Positions 20,483 through 31,325 of a DNA stretch of 64,000 nt are shown here, one piece after another (position 1 is the stretch's first letter; each line of letters opens with the position of its first letter). The stretch lies in assembly GCA_043819795.1 (NCBI GenBank), contig JBDREN010000071.1, positions 1 to 64,000 of the forward strand, written 5' to 3'. This stretch comes from Elusimicrobiota bacterium. Its GTDB lineage: Bacteria; Elusimicrobiota; Elusimicrobia; UBA1565. The notes below the pieces were generated by a model. That model was not told the origin of the DNA. It was given only the letters and a program-made list of their open reading frames with translations, and ran no database searches. The translations under genes were made by a program, and so were the position numbers.

Positions 20483-21190
20483 GTGACGATACTCTGGCGG
20501 CTGCTCTTCGGTCACTTCCTGGCCGACTTCGCTCTGCAGTCCAACTTCATCAACGATTGGAAGCGTTCGGGCACCTGGGGGATGCTCACCCACTGCGGGA
20601 TACATCTGGGCCTCTACACCCTGCTGTGCTGGCCGTTCCTCAACGACGTGTGGATCGACCTGGGCTTCGTCCGGCTTCAGGGCTGGACCTGCATGCTGCT
20701 GATCTTCCTCCTGCACTACATCGAGGACATATGGCGCGTCTTCACCATCCAGCGCCACGGAGTGCCGGACAACACGCCGTACTTCCTGTGGGACCAGACC
20801 ATCCACGTGGTGTGCATCATGGCCTTCGTCCCGACCGGTCTCTACGAGCCGACGGGGATGATGCCCGAGCGCTGGCCGGTGCTGGGCTGCCTGGCGGTCC
20901 TGGTCGCGCATTTCGGCACGGTGCTCCTATACTTCATCGAGCACGACCTCTTCGGAGGCTCCTACCCCGACTTCGACGAGAAGTACCTGACGATGATCGA
21001 GCGCCTGGGGATCGCGGCCTGCTTCCTGCTGCCGGGCTTCTGGGGCTTCGCGGCCCCGGCCGCCTGGGCCGGCGCCGCCTACGCGGTCCGCGAGAAGGGG
21101 CGCCTGGACTACTCCTGGACGGGCTTCTACCTCGGGGCGATCCTCGCCGTGGTGGCCGGTTTGGCCGCGCGGTGGGTCTGGTATTCCTGA
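20483..21190 (+). CDS. DUF3307-family membrane protein
   Basis: 'GHFLADFALQ...THCGIH...LHYIED...DQTIH'; GTG start. Confidence 0.75.
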   Translation: MTILWRLLFGHFLADFALQSNFINDWKRSGTWGMLTHCGIHLGLYTLLCWPFLNDVWIDLGFVRLQGWTCMLLIFLLHYIEDIWRVFTIQRHGVPDNTPYFLWDQTIHVVCIMAFVPTGLYEPTGMMPERWPVLGCLAVLVAHFGTVLLYFIEHDLFGGSYPDFDEKYLTMIERLGIAACFLLPGFWGFAAPAAWAGAAYAVREKGRLDYSWTGFYLGAILAVVAGLAARWVWYS

Positions 21191-21300
21191 AGAAGCTATC
21201 GCCTGGCCGCGGCTTCCGCCGGCGAAAGCCGCGGCGGCTCTTTCAGGCTTTTGCTATACTCTTGGCGCTTCTGAATTTCGGACTTTCCCGGAGGGACCCC

Positions 21301-22443
<1,143 letters not shown>

Positions 22444-22447
22444 CTCC

Positions 22448-23014
22448 ATGCTCAATCACGCCGTCCGGGACGTGACCTTCGCGCTGCTCGATACGGAGAC
22501 CACAGGCCTTTCGGCCAGGCGCGGCGCGCGGGTCTGCGAGCTGGCCGTCCTCACCGTGCGGGGCGGGAGCCGTCCGAGCCTGTTCCAGACGCTGATCGAC
22601 CCCCGGCGGCCCATCGAGCCCGGCGCCCGGATGATCCACGGCATCACCGACGCCATGGTGGCCGGAAGCCCGACTTTTGAGAGCCTCGCCCCGCGGATCG
22701 TGCGCCTGCTGGAGGGCACGGTGCTGGTCTGCCACAACGCGCCGTTCGACATTTCCTTCATGGAGTCCGAGTTCGAGCGCGCCGGCTTGCCGATGCCGTC
22801 GGTGCCGGTGATCGACACGCTGCGGCTGGCCCGGAGGCATTTCAACTTCGAGAGCAACAGCCTGGGCCGCATCGCCGACGCCATCGGCGTCGAGCCCGAC
22901 GGGTGGCACCGGGCGGGAAGCGACGTCAAGATCCTGCACGGGGTGTTCGAGCACTTCCTCAAGGAGCTGCCGCAGCGGGGCGTGGAGACTTTGGAGGACA
23001 TGCTGGCCCGATGA
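22448..23014 (+). CDS. DEDDh 3'-5' exonuclease (DnaQ-like)
   Basis: LDTETTGL, HNAPFD, IDTL and HRAGSD motifs. Confidence 0.9.
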   Translation: MLNHAVRDVTFALLDTETTGLSARRGARVCELAVLTVRGGSRPSLFQTLIDPRRPIEPGARMIHGITDAMVAGSPTFESLAPRIVRLLEGTVLVCHNAPFDISFMESEFERAGLPMPSVPVIDTLRLARRHFNFESNSLGRIADAIGVEPDGWHRAGSDVKILHGVFEHFLKELPQRGVETLEDMLAR

Positions 23015-24509
23015 AGGCTTTCCCGCTCGGCACCGACATCCATCTCGATGAGTTCGTCGAAGTGGCCGAGCGCGCCCGCAGGGTGCGCTTGAAGCCCGAG
23101 GCCCGGGCCGGCGTGCGCAAGGGGCGGCGGGCGCTGCTCCGGGCCGCGGGCGAAGGGACGCCCATCTACGGCGTCAATACCGGCTTCGGCGAGCTGGCCG
23201 CCCGGCGCATACCCCCCGAGTCCATACGGGTACTCCAGGAGAACCTGGTCTTGAGCCACGCCTGCGGCGTGGGCGATCCCTTGAGCGAGGCCGAGGCGCG
23301 TGGCATGCTGCTCTTGAGGGCCAACGAGATGGCGCGCGGCCATTCGGGCTGCCGTCCGGAGCTCATCGAGGCCCTCGCGGCGATGCTCAACCGGGGGGTG
23401 ACGCCTATCGTCCCGAGCCGCGGCTCGGTGGGGGCGAGCGGGGACCTCGCCCCGCAGGCGCACGCGGCGCTCGTTCTGCTGGGCAAGGGAAAGGCCCGAT
23501 ACCGGGGGAGGGTGATGTCCGGGGCCAGGGCCCTGGCCGCCGCGGGCCTCAAGCCCCTGCGCCTGGGGGCGAAGGAAGGGCTTTGCCTCATCAACGGCAC
23601 CCAGGCCATGCAGGCGGTCGGGGGGCTGAGCCTGGCGCGCGCCTTCCACGTGCTCGAGGCCGCCGATCTCGCGGGAGCGATGGGGAACGAGGCGATCAAG
23701 GGCACGCCCGCGCCCTACGACGCCAGGGTCTCGATGCTCAAGCCGCATCCCGGCCAGGTGCGCACCGCCACCCGGCTGCGGCGGCTCCTGCGCGGAAGCC
23801 AGATCCGCGAGTCGCATCGCTTCGGCGACTACCGCGTGCAGGACCCGTATAGCTTCCGATGCATGCCCCAGGTGCACGGCGCGGCCATGGACGCACTGGA
23901 GAGCGTCCGCAGGACCCTGGAGATCGAGATGCGCAGCGTGACCGACAACCCGCTCATCGACGCGCGCGCCGTTCTCTCTGGCGGCAACTTCCACGGGGCC
24001 GCGCTCGCCCTGGCCTTCGACCACGCCGCGGCGGCCATGGCCGTGCTGGGGGGCATCTCGGAGAGGCGCATCTTCCAGGTCGTCTCGGGGATGGGCCCGG
24101 GCCTGCCGCCGTTTTGGCGTCGGATCCCGGGCTGGAGTCGGGGTTCATGATCACCCAGGTGACCGCGGCGGCTCTCGCTTCCGAGAACAAGACCTTGGCC
24201 CACCCCGCGTCGGCCGACTCGATCCCGACATCGGCCAACAAGGAGGATTTCGTGTGCATGGGCATGTGGGCCGTCCTGAAGTTCAGGCGGGCGGTGGAAA
24301 ACGTCGCCCAGATCGTGGCGATCGAGCTCCTGGCCTCGGCCCAGGGCGTGGAGTTCCACCGGCCGCTCAAGCCGGGCGTGGCTATCGAGCGGGGCCTCCG
24401 GAGGCTGCGCCGGCGCGCGTCGCGCACGCGCCGGGACGAGCCCCTGTCGGACAAGATGCGGATCGTCCGGGACCTCGTCCTTAGCGGCTTTTTCGGAGGG
24501 TTGGCATGA
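23011..24509 (+). pseudogene. hutH: Histidine ammonia-lyase, split by a 1-nt deletion at 24112-24115 (probably a sequencing error)
   Basis: YGVNTGFG, MIO motif GASGDLAP and QDPYSFRC in the first frame; 'LASDPGLESGFMI...SANKEDFV' in another; adding one T to TTTT restores GLPPFLA. Confidence 0.88.
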
Positions 24510-26164
24510 CCATGACCGGGACGGCGATCCGCGCTCCGCGCGGGACGAAGCTTTCGGCCAAGGGGTGGCAGCAGGAGGCCGCCCTGCGCATGCTGATGAA
24601 CAACCTCGATCCTGAGGTGGCCGAGCGACCGCAGGATCTCGTGGTATATGGAGGCAACGGCCGGGCGGCCCGGAACTGGGAGTGCTTCCACGCGATCGTG
24701 AAGAGCCTCAGGGAGCTCGAGGGAGACGAGACTCTGCTGGTCCAGTCCGGCAAGCCGGTCGGGGTCTTCCGCACCCACGAATACGCGCCCCGAGTGCTGA
24801 TCGCGAACTCCAACCTCGTCGGCCAGTGGGCCAACTGGGACGTCTTCAACGAGCTCGAGAAGAAGGGCCTGATGATGTTCGGCCAGATGACGGCGGGCTC
24901 ATGGATCTACATCGGCACGCAGGGCATCCTCCAGGGCACCTACGAGACCTTCGCCGAGGCCGCGCGCCGGCATTTCGGGGGCTCGCTCGCGGGGCGCCTC
25001 ATCGTGACGGCGGGCCTGGGCGGCATGGGCGGCGCCCAGCCTTTGGCCGCGACCATGAACGGCGGGGCGCTTCTGGCCGTCGAGGTGGACCCCTCCCGGA
25101 TCAAGAAGCGCCTGGAGAAGGAATACGTCGACTTCATGGAGACCTCGCTCGACGCCGCGCTCGAGCGCGTGCTGGACGCCAAGAAGAAGCGCGAGGCCGT
25201 CTCGGTGGGGCTGGTGGGCAACGCGGCCGACGTGCTGCCGGAGATCGCCAAGCGTAACGTGGGGGTGGACCTTCTCACCGACCAGACCTCGGCGCACGAT
25301 CCCCTCAACGGCTACATCCCCGGGGGGCTGAGCCTCGAGGAGGCGGGGGCCCTGCGGTTCCGGGACCCGAAGGGCTACGAGAAGCGCGCGATCGAGTCCA
25401 TAGCCGTCCACGTGCGCGCCATGCTGGAGATCCGGAGGCAGGGCGCGGTGACCTTCGACTACGGCAACAACATCCGGACGATGGCGCACAAGGGCGGGGT
25501 GGAGAACGCTTACGACTTTCCCGGATTCGTGCCGGCTTTCATCCGACCCCTCTTTTGCGAGGGCAAGGGTCCTTTCCGCTGGGCCGCGCTTTCCGGAGAC
25601 CCCGCCGATATCGCCGAGACCGACAAGGCCGTCCTCGAGCTGTTCGGCAAGGACGAGGCCCTCGCGCGCTGGATCCGCCTGGCCCGCGAGAGGGTCCGGT
25701 TCCAGGGGTTGCCCGCCCGCATATGCTGGCTGGGCCTGGGCGAGCGCGCCGAGATGGGCCTGCGCATCAACGAGCTCGTCCGATCCGGGAAGATTTCGGC
25801 GCCCATCGTGATCGGGCGCGACCACCTCGACTGCGGCTCGGTCGCCAGCCCCTACCGCGAGACCGAGGGGATGGCCGACGGCTCGGACGCGATCGCCGAC
25901 TGGCCGGTCCTCAACGCGCTTTTGAACACCGCCTCGGGCGCCTCGTGGGTGAGCTTCCACCACGGCGGCGGGGTGGGCATCGGCTATTCCCTGCACGCGG
26001 GGCAGGTCTGCGTGGCCGACGGGACCCAGGAGATGGGCGTCCGCCTGGAGCGCGTCCTCACCAACGACCCGGCCATCGGCGTCGCGCGCCACGCGGACGC
26101 CGGCTACGAGGAGGCCCGGCGGGTGGCCCGCGAGAAGAATCTGAAGATCCCGATGGGAGGGTAG
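24506..26164 (+). CDS. hutU: Urocanate hydratase
   Basis: [31 protein letters not shown] and HHGGGVG motifs. Confidence 0.97.
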   Translation: MTMTGTAIRAPRGTKLSAKGWQQEAALRMLMNNLDPEVAERPQDLVVYGGNGRAARNWECFHAIVKSLRELEGDETLLVQSGKPVGVFRTHEYAPRVLIANSNLVGQWANWDVFNELEKKGLMMFGQMTAGSWIYIGTQGILQGTYETFAEAARRHFGGSLAGRLIVTAGLGGMGGAQPLAATMNGGALLAVEVDPSRIKKRLEKEYVDFMETSLDAALERVLDAKKKREAVSVGLVGNAADVLPEIAKRNVGVDLLTDQTSAHDPLNGYIPGGLSLEEAGALRFRDPKGYEKRAIESIAVHVRAMLEIRRQGAVTFDYGNNIRTMAHKGGVENAYDFPGFVPAFIRPLFCEGKGPFRWAALSGDPADIAETDKAVLELFGKDEALARWIRLARERVRFQGLPARICWLGLGERAEMGLRINELVRSGKISAPIVIGRDHLDCGSVASPYRETEGMADGSDAIADWPVLNALLNTASGASWVSFHHGGGVGIGYSLHAGQVCVADGTQEMGVRLERVLTNDPAIGVARHADAGYEEARRVAREKNLKIPMGG

Positions 26165-26168
26165 GACT

Positions 26169-26666
26169 ATGGCGAAAGACTCGTCTTTTGACGTCGTGTC
26201 GCGCGTGGATATGAACCTGGTCACTGAGTCGGTCCACGTCGCGCTCAAGGAGATCGGCAACCGCTACGACTTCCGGGGGACGGACTCGGCCATCGACCTC
26301 GATGCGAAGGCGCTCGTGCTCACCCTCCGCTCGAGCGACGAGTACAAGGTGAAGGCCCTCTTCGACGTGCTCACCACCCGCATGGCCAAGCGCGGACTGC
26401 CCCTTAAGAACTTCACGCCCCAGAAGTTCGAGGAGGCTTTAGGCGGGACGGTGCGCCAGAAAGTCACGATCACCCAGGGAGTCCCCACCGAGAAGGCCAG
26501 GGCGATCGTGGCCGCGGTCAAGAAGGCCGGCATCAAGGTCCAGGTAGCGATCCAGGGCGACCAGGTGCGCGTTTCGGGCCGCTCGAAGGACCTGCTCCAG
26601 GAGGCGATCAGCCTCCTCAAGGAGAAAGACTTCGGGCTCGCTCTCCAGTTCGAGAACTACCGCTAG
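26169..26666 (+). CDS. yajQ: YajQ family nucleotide/c-di-GMP-binding protein
   Basis: 'SFDVVS...NRYDF...IQGDQVRVSG...LQFENYR'. Confidence 0.93.
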   Translation: MAKDSSFDVVSRVDMNLVTESVHVALKEIGNRYDFRGTDSAIDLDAKALVLTLRSSDEYKVKALFDVLTTRMAKRGLPLKNFTPQKFEEALGGTVRQKVTITQGVPTEKARAIVAAVKKAGIKVQVAIQGDQVRVSGRSKDLLQEAISLLKEKDFGLALQFENYR

Positions 26667-28528
26667 TAGGCGGGGTCGATGACCTTCCGGGCGGCTTCGG
26701 TCAGCTCGTCGGCCTGCTCAGGCGTGAGCTTCTTCCCTGACTGAGCCCTAACCTCGTTCGCGAAGGCCTCGAGCTTGTTGACCGCGGCCTTGTCCGAGCC
26801 TCTCTCCAGCGCGTCGCGGGCGCCGCGCAGCTTGGCCAGGAGGCTGGTCTCGATGCCCTCAGGCAGGCCGAGGGACTCCACCCTGCCGACGAGGTCGTCG
26901 ATCGTGGGCGTCAGCACGGACGTGTAGTGCTCCCGGATCTCCTCGGCGTTCAGGACCCTGTCGTAGAGCCTGACCTCGTCGATGAGGCCTTTGAATGGGC
27001 GCGTGTATCCCAACCCGACCCTCAGCGGATCATCGCTCGGGGCGGGGTTCAGGCCGGGACTCCAACCGGTCGCGTTGGCGTACGCGCCGTTCATGTAGAG
27101 CTCCATCCTCCCATTGAGCACATCCCTGGTGATGGCCACATGGACCCAGGTGTCGTCGGCGAAGACCGCGGGGGTGGGAAAGGACATGTAGCCCCCGCAC
27201 ATCCCGCCGCACGACCCGTGGAAATAGCTCAGCTGGCTGCTGGGCTCCATCGTGATGCAAAACTCGCCGCCATAGGCCTTGCAGATGGGATTCTGTCGTC
27301 CCCAAGCCAGGTCGGCGGGCTTCGCCCAGAACTCCACGGTCATATCGCTCACGATCTGCAGCGAGGCCGGATTCCCGAAGTCCACGTAGTCATCGAGCCC
27401 GTCGAATTCGAGCGCCTTCCCCTTGATCCCGTCGACCCATGCGCCGCCATGGACGGCTCCGTCGAGGCCCAGGCCGCCTTGATCCGCCGCCACCGAGCCG
27501 GCGCCGTCGTCGAAAGGCCAGTACGCGACCACTCCGTCCGCGGTCTGGACGGCGAGGACAAGCGACCTGGTCTCGAACATCCCGCCGGTGTCCGTCGCCC
27601 GCGCGGTGAAGCCGAAACTTCCGGACTCGGTCGGCGTTCCGGAGATGATCCCGTCGGGAGACAGGGAGACGCCCGCGGGCAAAGAGCCGTCCGCGAACTC
27701 CCACGTGTAGTCCCCGCTGCCGCCGATCGCCTGCAGCTCGAAGGAGTACGGCTGGGAAACAAGCCCGAAGTCCAGCCGGCTGGTCTCGATGATCACATGA
27801 GTCGCAAGGTACGCTGCCCAATCGGCGTCGAAGCGTGCGGCGATCTCCTCGGCGCCCAGTTCCCCGTCGTAGATCCTGACCTCGTCTATGAGGCCGCCGA
27901 AGTGCTGGACGTATCCGGCCGCGATCTTCAGAGACAGATCGCTCGCCACGGGGTCCGTGGCGCTCGGCCACTGATTCGTGTTGACGTGCGCGCCGTTCAT
28001 GTACAGTCTCATCCGCCGGTCGGCCACGTTTCTCGTGAGTGTCACGTAGACCCAGGTCTCGTCGGCGAAGACGCCGAAGGTTTGGAGGTACGAGTAGGGT
28101 GAGCACATCCCGCCGCAGGAGCCCTGGTAGTAGCTCAACGTCGTGTTCGGCTCCATGGTAACGCAGAACTCGCCGCCATAGGCCTTGCAGATGGGGTTCT
28201 GGCGCCCCGCGCCGATATGGGCGGGCCTCGCCCAGAAGGCGATGGTCATGTCTCCCGTGACCTGTAGCGAAGCCGGGTTCCCGCAGTCGACGTGATCATC
28301 CGCCCCATCGAAGCTCAAGGCCCCGTCGACCACGCCCGAGGTCCACTGCGCGCCGTGGACGGCGCAGTCATTGCCGTTGCCGGAGCTGTCGGTCGCGATC
28401 GCGCCCGAACCGTCGTCAAAGTCCCAGTGTGCCACGAGTCCCGGCGTCTGCGCCCCGGCCGACTTGGCCAGAGACATGGCCAGTAGCGCTCCGAACAGCA
28501 AACCGGACATCCTCATGATCTTATTCAT
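26663..28528 (-). CDS. Secreted protein: LamG - Ig (He_PIG-like) - LamG - C-terminal helical (FIMAH-like) domain
   Basis: Signal peptide; two 'W.FDDG.G...ALxFDG...F.GLIDEVR.Y' domains; 'LPAGVSLSPDGIISGTPT'; 'LEAFANEVRAQSGKKL'. Confidence 0.85.
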   Translation of the reverse strand: MNKIMRMSGLLFGALLAMSLAKSAGAQTPGLVAHWDFDDGSGAIATDSSGNGNDCAVHGAQWTSGVVDGALSFDGADDHVDCGNPASLQVTGDMTIAFWARPAHIGAGRQNPICKAYGGEFCVTMEPNTTLSYYQGSCGGMCSPYSYLQTFGVFADETWVYVTLTRNVADRRMRLYMNGAHVNTNQWPSATDPVASDLSLKIAAGYVQHFGGLIDEVRIYDGELGAEEIAARFDADWAAYLATHVIIETSRLDFGLVSQPYSFELQAIGGSGDYTWEFADGSLPAGVSLSPDGIISGTPTESGSFGFTARATDTGGMFETRSLVLAVQTADGVVAYWPFDDGAGSVAADQGGLGLDGAVHGGAWVDGIKGKALEFDGLDDYVDFGNPASLQIVSDMTVEFWAKPADLAWGRQNPICKAYGGEFCITMEPSSQLSYFHGSCGGMCGGYMSFPTPAVFADDTWVHVAITRDVLNGRMELYMNGAYANATGWSPGLNPAPSDDPLRVGLGYTRPFKGLIDEVRLYDRVLNAEEIREHYTSVLTPTIDDLVGRVESLGLPEGIETSLLAKLRGARDALERGSDKAAVNKLEAFANEVRAQSGKKLTPEQADELTEAARKVIDPAY

Positions 28529-28614
28529 TTTGCCTCACCCCTTCCCTCGGTCGGCAAATCGCTCCTTTCTCAAGGTCCAACCGAAGCCATCCGTGCGGAT
28601 ATGCGTCTTTTTAG

Positions 28615-28643
28615 AGTTTAGACCGGTCTCCGGTGTTTGTCAA
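28615..28643 (-). promoter_or_regulatory. sigma70 promoter of the LamG gene
   Basis: TTGACA-17 bp-TAAACT; the spacer contains the ACCGG-N3-CCGGT palindrome. Confidence 0.72.
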
Positions 28644-28681
28644 TAGAAGGCCCGCGGGGCCTCGCGGCATCGGTATCGGCG

Positions 28682-30226
28682 TCAGTCGGCGCCGAGAGGC
28701 TCCATCTTGTAGTGCTCGGCGACGAACCGCTTGAGGAACGCTTTCTCCTCATCCGGCAGGCGCTTCTTGATCTTGAAGGTGGTCCCCCTCCAGGAGGCGC
28801 GGCCCTTCCTTATCAGGATGTACTTCTTCAGGGACGACTTCTTCTCCTCGGGGAAGCGCTGGACGCAGTCCGAGACGGCCGCGTCGTCCTTCTTGTGGAG
28901 GTCCAGCAGCTTCGCGTATGTCTCCGGGGCCGTCAGGGAAGTATCGACGGGGAACGGGCAGGCTTCGACCTGCCGGACTTCGGCCGGGGGTTGCGACGGG
29001 TGCTGCTCCAATCCTAATGCGCGTGCGATCTCGGGGTGGAGCGCGGGAGCGGCTGGAGCGGCCACGGGCGCAGGCGGCGCTGCCGACGGGGGCTGCGGAG
29101 CGGCGGCGGGAATTGCGGCGGACGTCCTTGGCGCGGCGGCTGCGACAGTGGGCGCCGCTGAAGGGGGCTCCGCAGGCGGCGCCGCCGGAGGGGGCTGTGG
29201 AGCGGCAGCGGGCGTCGTCGGCGCGGCGGTCGCGACAGCGGGCGTCGCTGCAGGGGGCTGCCCAGTAGGCGCGGCGGCGGATGTCCGCGGGACGGCAGCA
29301 GATGGGGCGGTCGCGGGCGTCGGGGGGACCTGTGGAGCGGCGGCTGGCGCGGCGGCCGTGGTCGTCGCCGGCCCCGGCTTCGTCGCCGGTTTCGGTTGCG
29401 CTGCTGGCGGGGGCTGCGGCGTGGCAACGGGCGCGGCCGGAGGGGGAGTCGCGGCCGCGGGAGACGTCCCCGGGGCGACAGCCGGCGGGGTCTCCGGAGC
29501 AAAGGCTGAGGGGATCACGAAGAGCGGCTCGTCGGAAGTCTCCTTCTCGGTCACGGCCGGTTCGGTCGCGGTCTCCGCGTTGATCGCGGGCGCCGCCGCG
29601 GCGACGGGCTCCGGGGGCGCGGGAGTCGCTGTGAAGGGGACTTCGGGCGGCGCTTCCTCGGAGGCCGGGCCCCCGGCGGCGGGCGTCGGCGGGACGGCCG
29701 CGAGGGGCTCCACCTCCGTCGGCTTCGCGGGAGCCGCGGCCGCGGGCGCCGGGGAAGGATGCTGCGCCGCCGGGTACTTCGCGAGCACGGCCAGATCGGC
29801 CGGGGTCACGGGAGCGCCGGGCGGCGCGGCTTGGGGACCCGTCAAATAGTGGTCCAAGCGGCCGATGATCTTCCTCACGTATCTCCCGGACTCGCCCCAC
29901 CCCATGGCCAGGCCGCCGGCCTGGTTCATCTGCGCGAAGACGAACACCTCCACCCGGGAGTCGTTCCTCTCGGTGAGGCGGATGGCTATCGTCTGTCCAT
30001 CGGAGGTGAACGCGCTCGGCGCCGACTTGGCCACGATGATCCCCGTCTTCCTGTCCTGGCTCGCCAGAGTGAGCTTCAGGTCCCGGACGACCCGGAGCGA
30101 GGTCTCGAAGACCGCGTCGCGGGGGAATTCGTAGTAACGGGTCGACTCCTCCCGGCGCATGTGCGTGGAGCTTGTCCCGCAGGCGACGATAAAGCCGGCC
30201 GCGAGGATGGGCGCCAGCCGTTTCAT
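28682..30226 (-). CDS. Lipoprotein: small alpha/beta N-domain, very long Pro/Ala/Thr linker, small two-Cys C-domain
   Basis: MKRLAPILAAGFIVA-C lipobox; GGAGG RBS; low-complexity central region. Confidence 0.75.
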   Translation of the reverse strand: MKRLAPILAAGFIVACGTSSTHMRREESTRYYEFPRDAVFETSLRVVRDLKLTLASQDRKTGIIVAKSAPSAFTSDGQTIAIRLTERNDSRVEVFVFAQMNQAGGLAMGWGESGRYVRKIIGRLDHYLTGPQAAPPGAPVTPADLAVLAKYPAAQHPSPAPAAAAPAKPTEVEPLAAVPPTPAAGGPASEEAPPEVPFTATPAPPEPVAAAAPAINAETATEPAVTEKETSDEPLFVIPSAFAPETPPAVAPGTSPAAATPPPAAPVATPQPPPAAQPKPATKPGPATTTAAAPAAAPQVPPTPATAPSAAVPRTSAAAPTGQPPAATPAVATAAPTTPAAAPQPPPAAPPAEPPSAAPTVAAAAPRTSAAIPAAAPQPPSAAPPAPVAAPAAPALHPEIARALGLEQHPSQPPAEVRQVEACPFPVDTSLTAPETYAKLLDLHKKDDAAVSDCVQRFPEEKKSSLKKYILIRKGRASWRGTTFKIKKRLPDEEKAFLKRFVAEHYKMEPLGAD

Positions 30227-30260
30227 GTGAGTGAACCTCCGAGAACCCGCCGTCATGCCG

Positions 30261-31325
30261 TCAGAACCTCCAGCCGAGGCTGGCCCGGTAGACTTCGCCC
30301 AGCTCCGCCATCGGCTGGAACGCCAGATCGAGCGTGAACCGTCCGTGGCCCAGGCCGACCCCTCCGGTGAAGCCCGCCATGGCGCCCAGGTCCGAGGCCG
30401 GAAGGGATTTATAGCCGGCCCGGACCGCGGCGAAGGAGTCGCCTCCGATGCCGAGCGTCCACTCGAGCCCGGCCTTCGCGAAGGGCGCTCCGTGAAGCGG
30501 GACCGCGATATCCAAGGCGGAGATCAGCTGGCTGTCCTCCCAGGAGGCGGAGTAGGCGGCGCCGATGTCCGCCTCGGCCGGCAGGCTCTCGCGCCGGTTG
30601 ACGAACTTCGGCCGGGTCCCCACGTTGCGAAAGGCGAAGCTCAGCGTCAGCTCGTGCAGGTCCGGGAGGCGGTAGAGCACGCCTCCGTCCACCGCCACCG
30701 CGCTGGCCGAATACTCGTAGAGCGTCTCCCGCACGTACTTGACGGCCGCCCCGGCCAGGAGGTCGCCCGTCCACATGTCGTTGCGGCGGTCGAGGCGCTT
30801 ATAGGCGTCCGAGAGGTACCAGATGTCCCGGAAGAGCCCGCGCCCGCGGACCGCGCGCTCCTCCCCGACGCTGAACGCGCGCGCGTAGGCCAGCGTAAGG
30901 GCCTCGCTGTGCGGCTGGAATGAGCCGACCACCTGGTTGGTGTTGGTGACTAGATCGAGGCTGTCCTGATAGAACGCCGTCAACGAGGCGCCTACGATGC
31001 CCCGCAGAAAGGGCGTCGGATGGGCGTAGGCCACGTGGTCGTGATGGAAGAACCGGAGCATCTCGATATGGGAGTAGGAGAGCTCCGGCTGCTGGACCTG
31101 GGCGAGCCCGGCCGGGTTCCAGTAGATCGCGTCGGGCCCCTGGGCCACGGGGCCGAATGCCTCGCCCATCCCGAGGGCGCGCGCGCCCGCCCCGATGCGC
31201 AGGAACTGGGCGGTGGAGCCGGCCGTCTGGCCCGAGGAGAACGCGGACACCGGCATGAGCGCGGAGGCGCCCGCCAGCGCGGCCGCGATCAGGAGCGGTG
31301 GTATCGTCGCGCGTCCGCGCCTCAT
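30261..31325 (-). CDS. PorV/PorQ-like outer-membrane beta-barrel (copy 1)
   Basis: 'AQFLRIGAGARALGMGEAF...AIYWNPAGLA'; signal peptide; terminal aromatic beta-signal SLGWRF; ATGA-coupled to the S8 gene. Confidence 0.85.
   Translation of the reverse strand: MRRGRATIPPLLIAAALAGASALMPVSAFSSGQTAGSTAQFLRIGAGARALGMGEAFGPVAQGPDAIYWNPAGLAQVQQPELSYSHIEMLRFFHHDHVAYAHPTPFLRGIVGASLTAFYQDSLDLVTNTNQVVGSFQPHSEALTLAYARAFSVGEERAVRGRGLFRDIWYLSDAYKRLDRRNDMWTGDLLAGAAVKYVRETLYEYSASAVAVDGGVLYRLPDLHELTLSFAFRNVGTRPKFVNRRESLPAEADIGAAYSASWEDSQLISALDIAVPLHGAPFAKAGLEWTLGIGGDSFAAVRAGYKSLPASDLGAMAGFTGGVGLGHGRFTLDLAFQPMAELGEVYRASLGWRF

Noticed and set aside
24100..24150. Programmed ribosomal frameshift in hutH
   Set aside because: No canonical slippery heptamer and no precedent that I know of; a homopolymer error is simpler.
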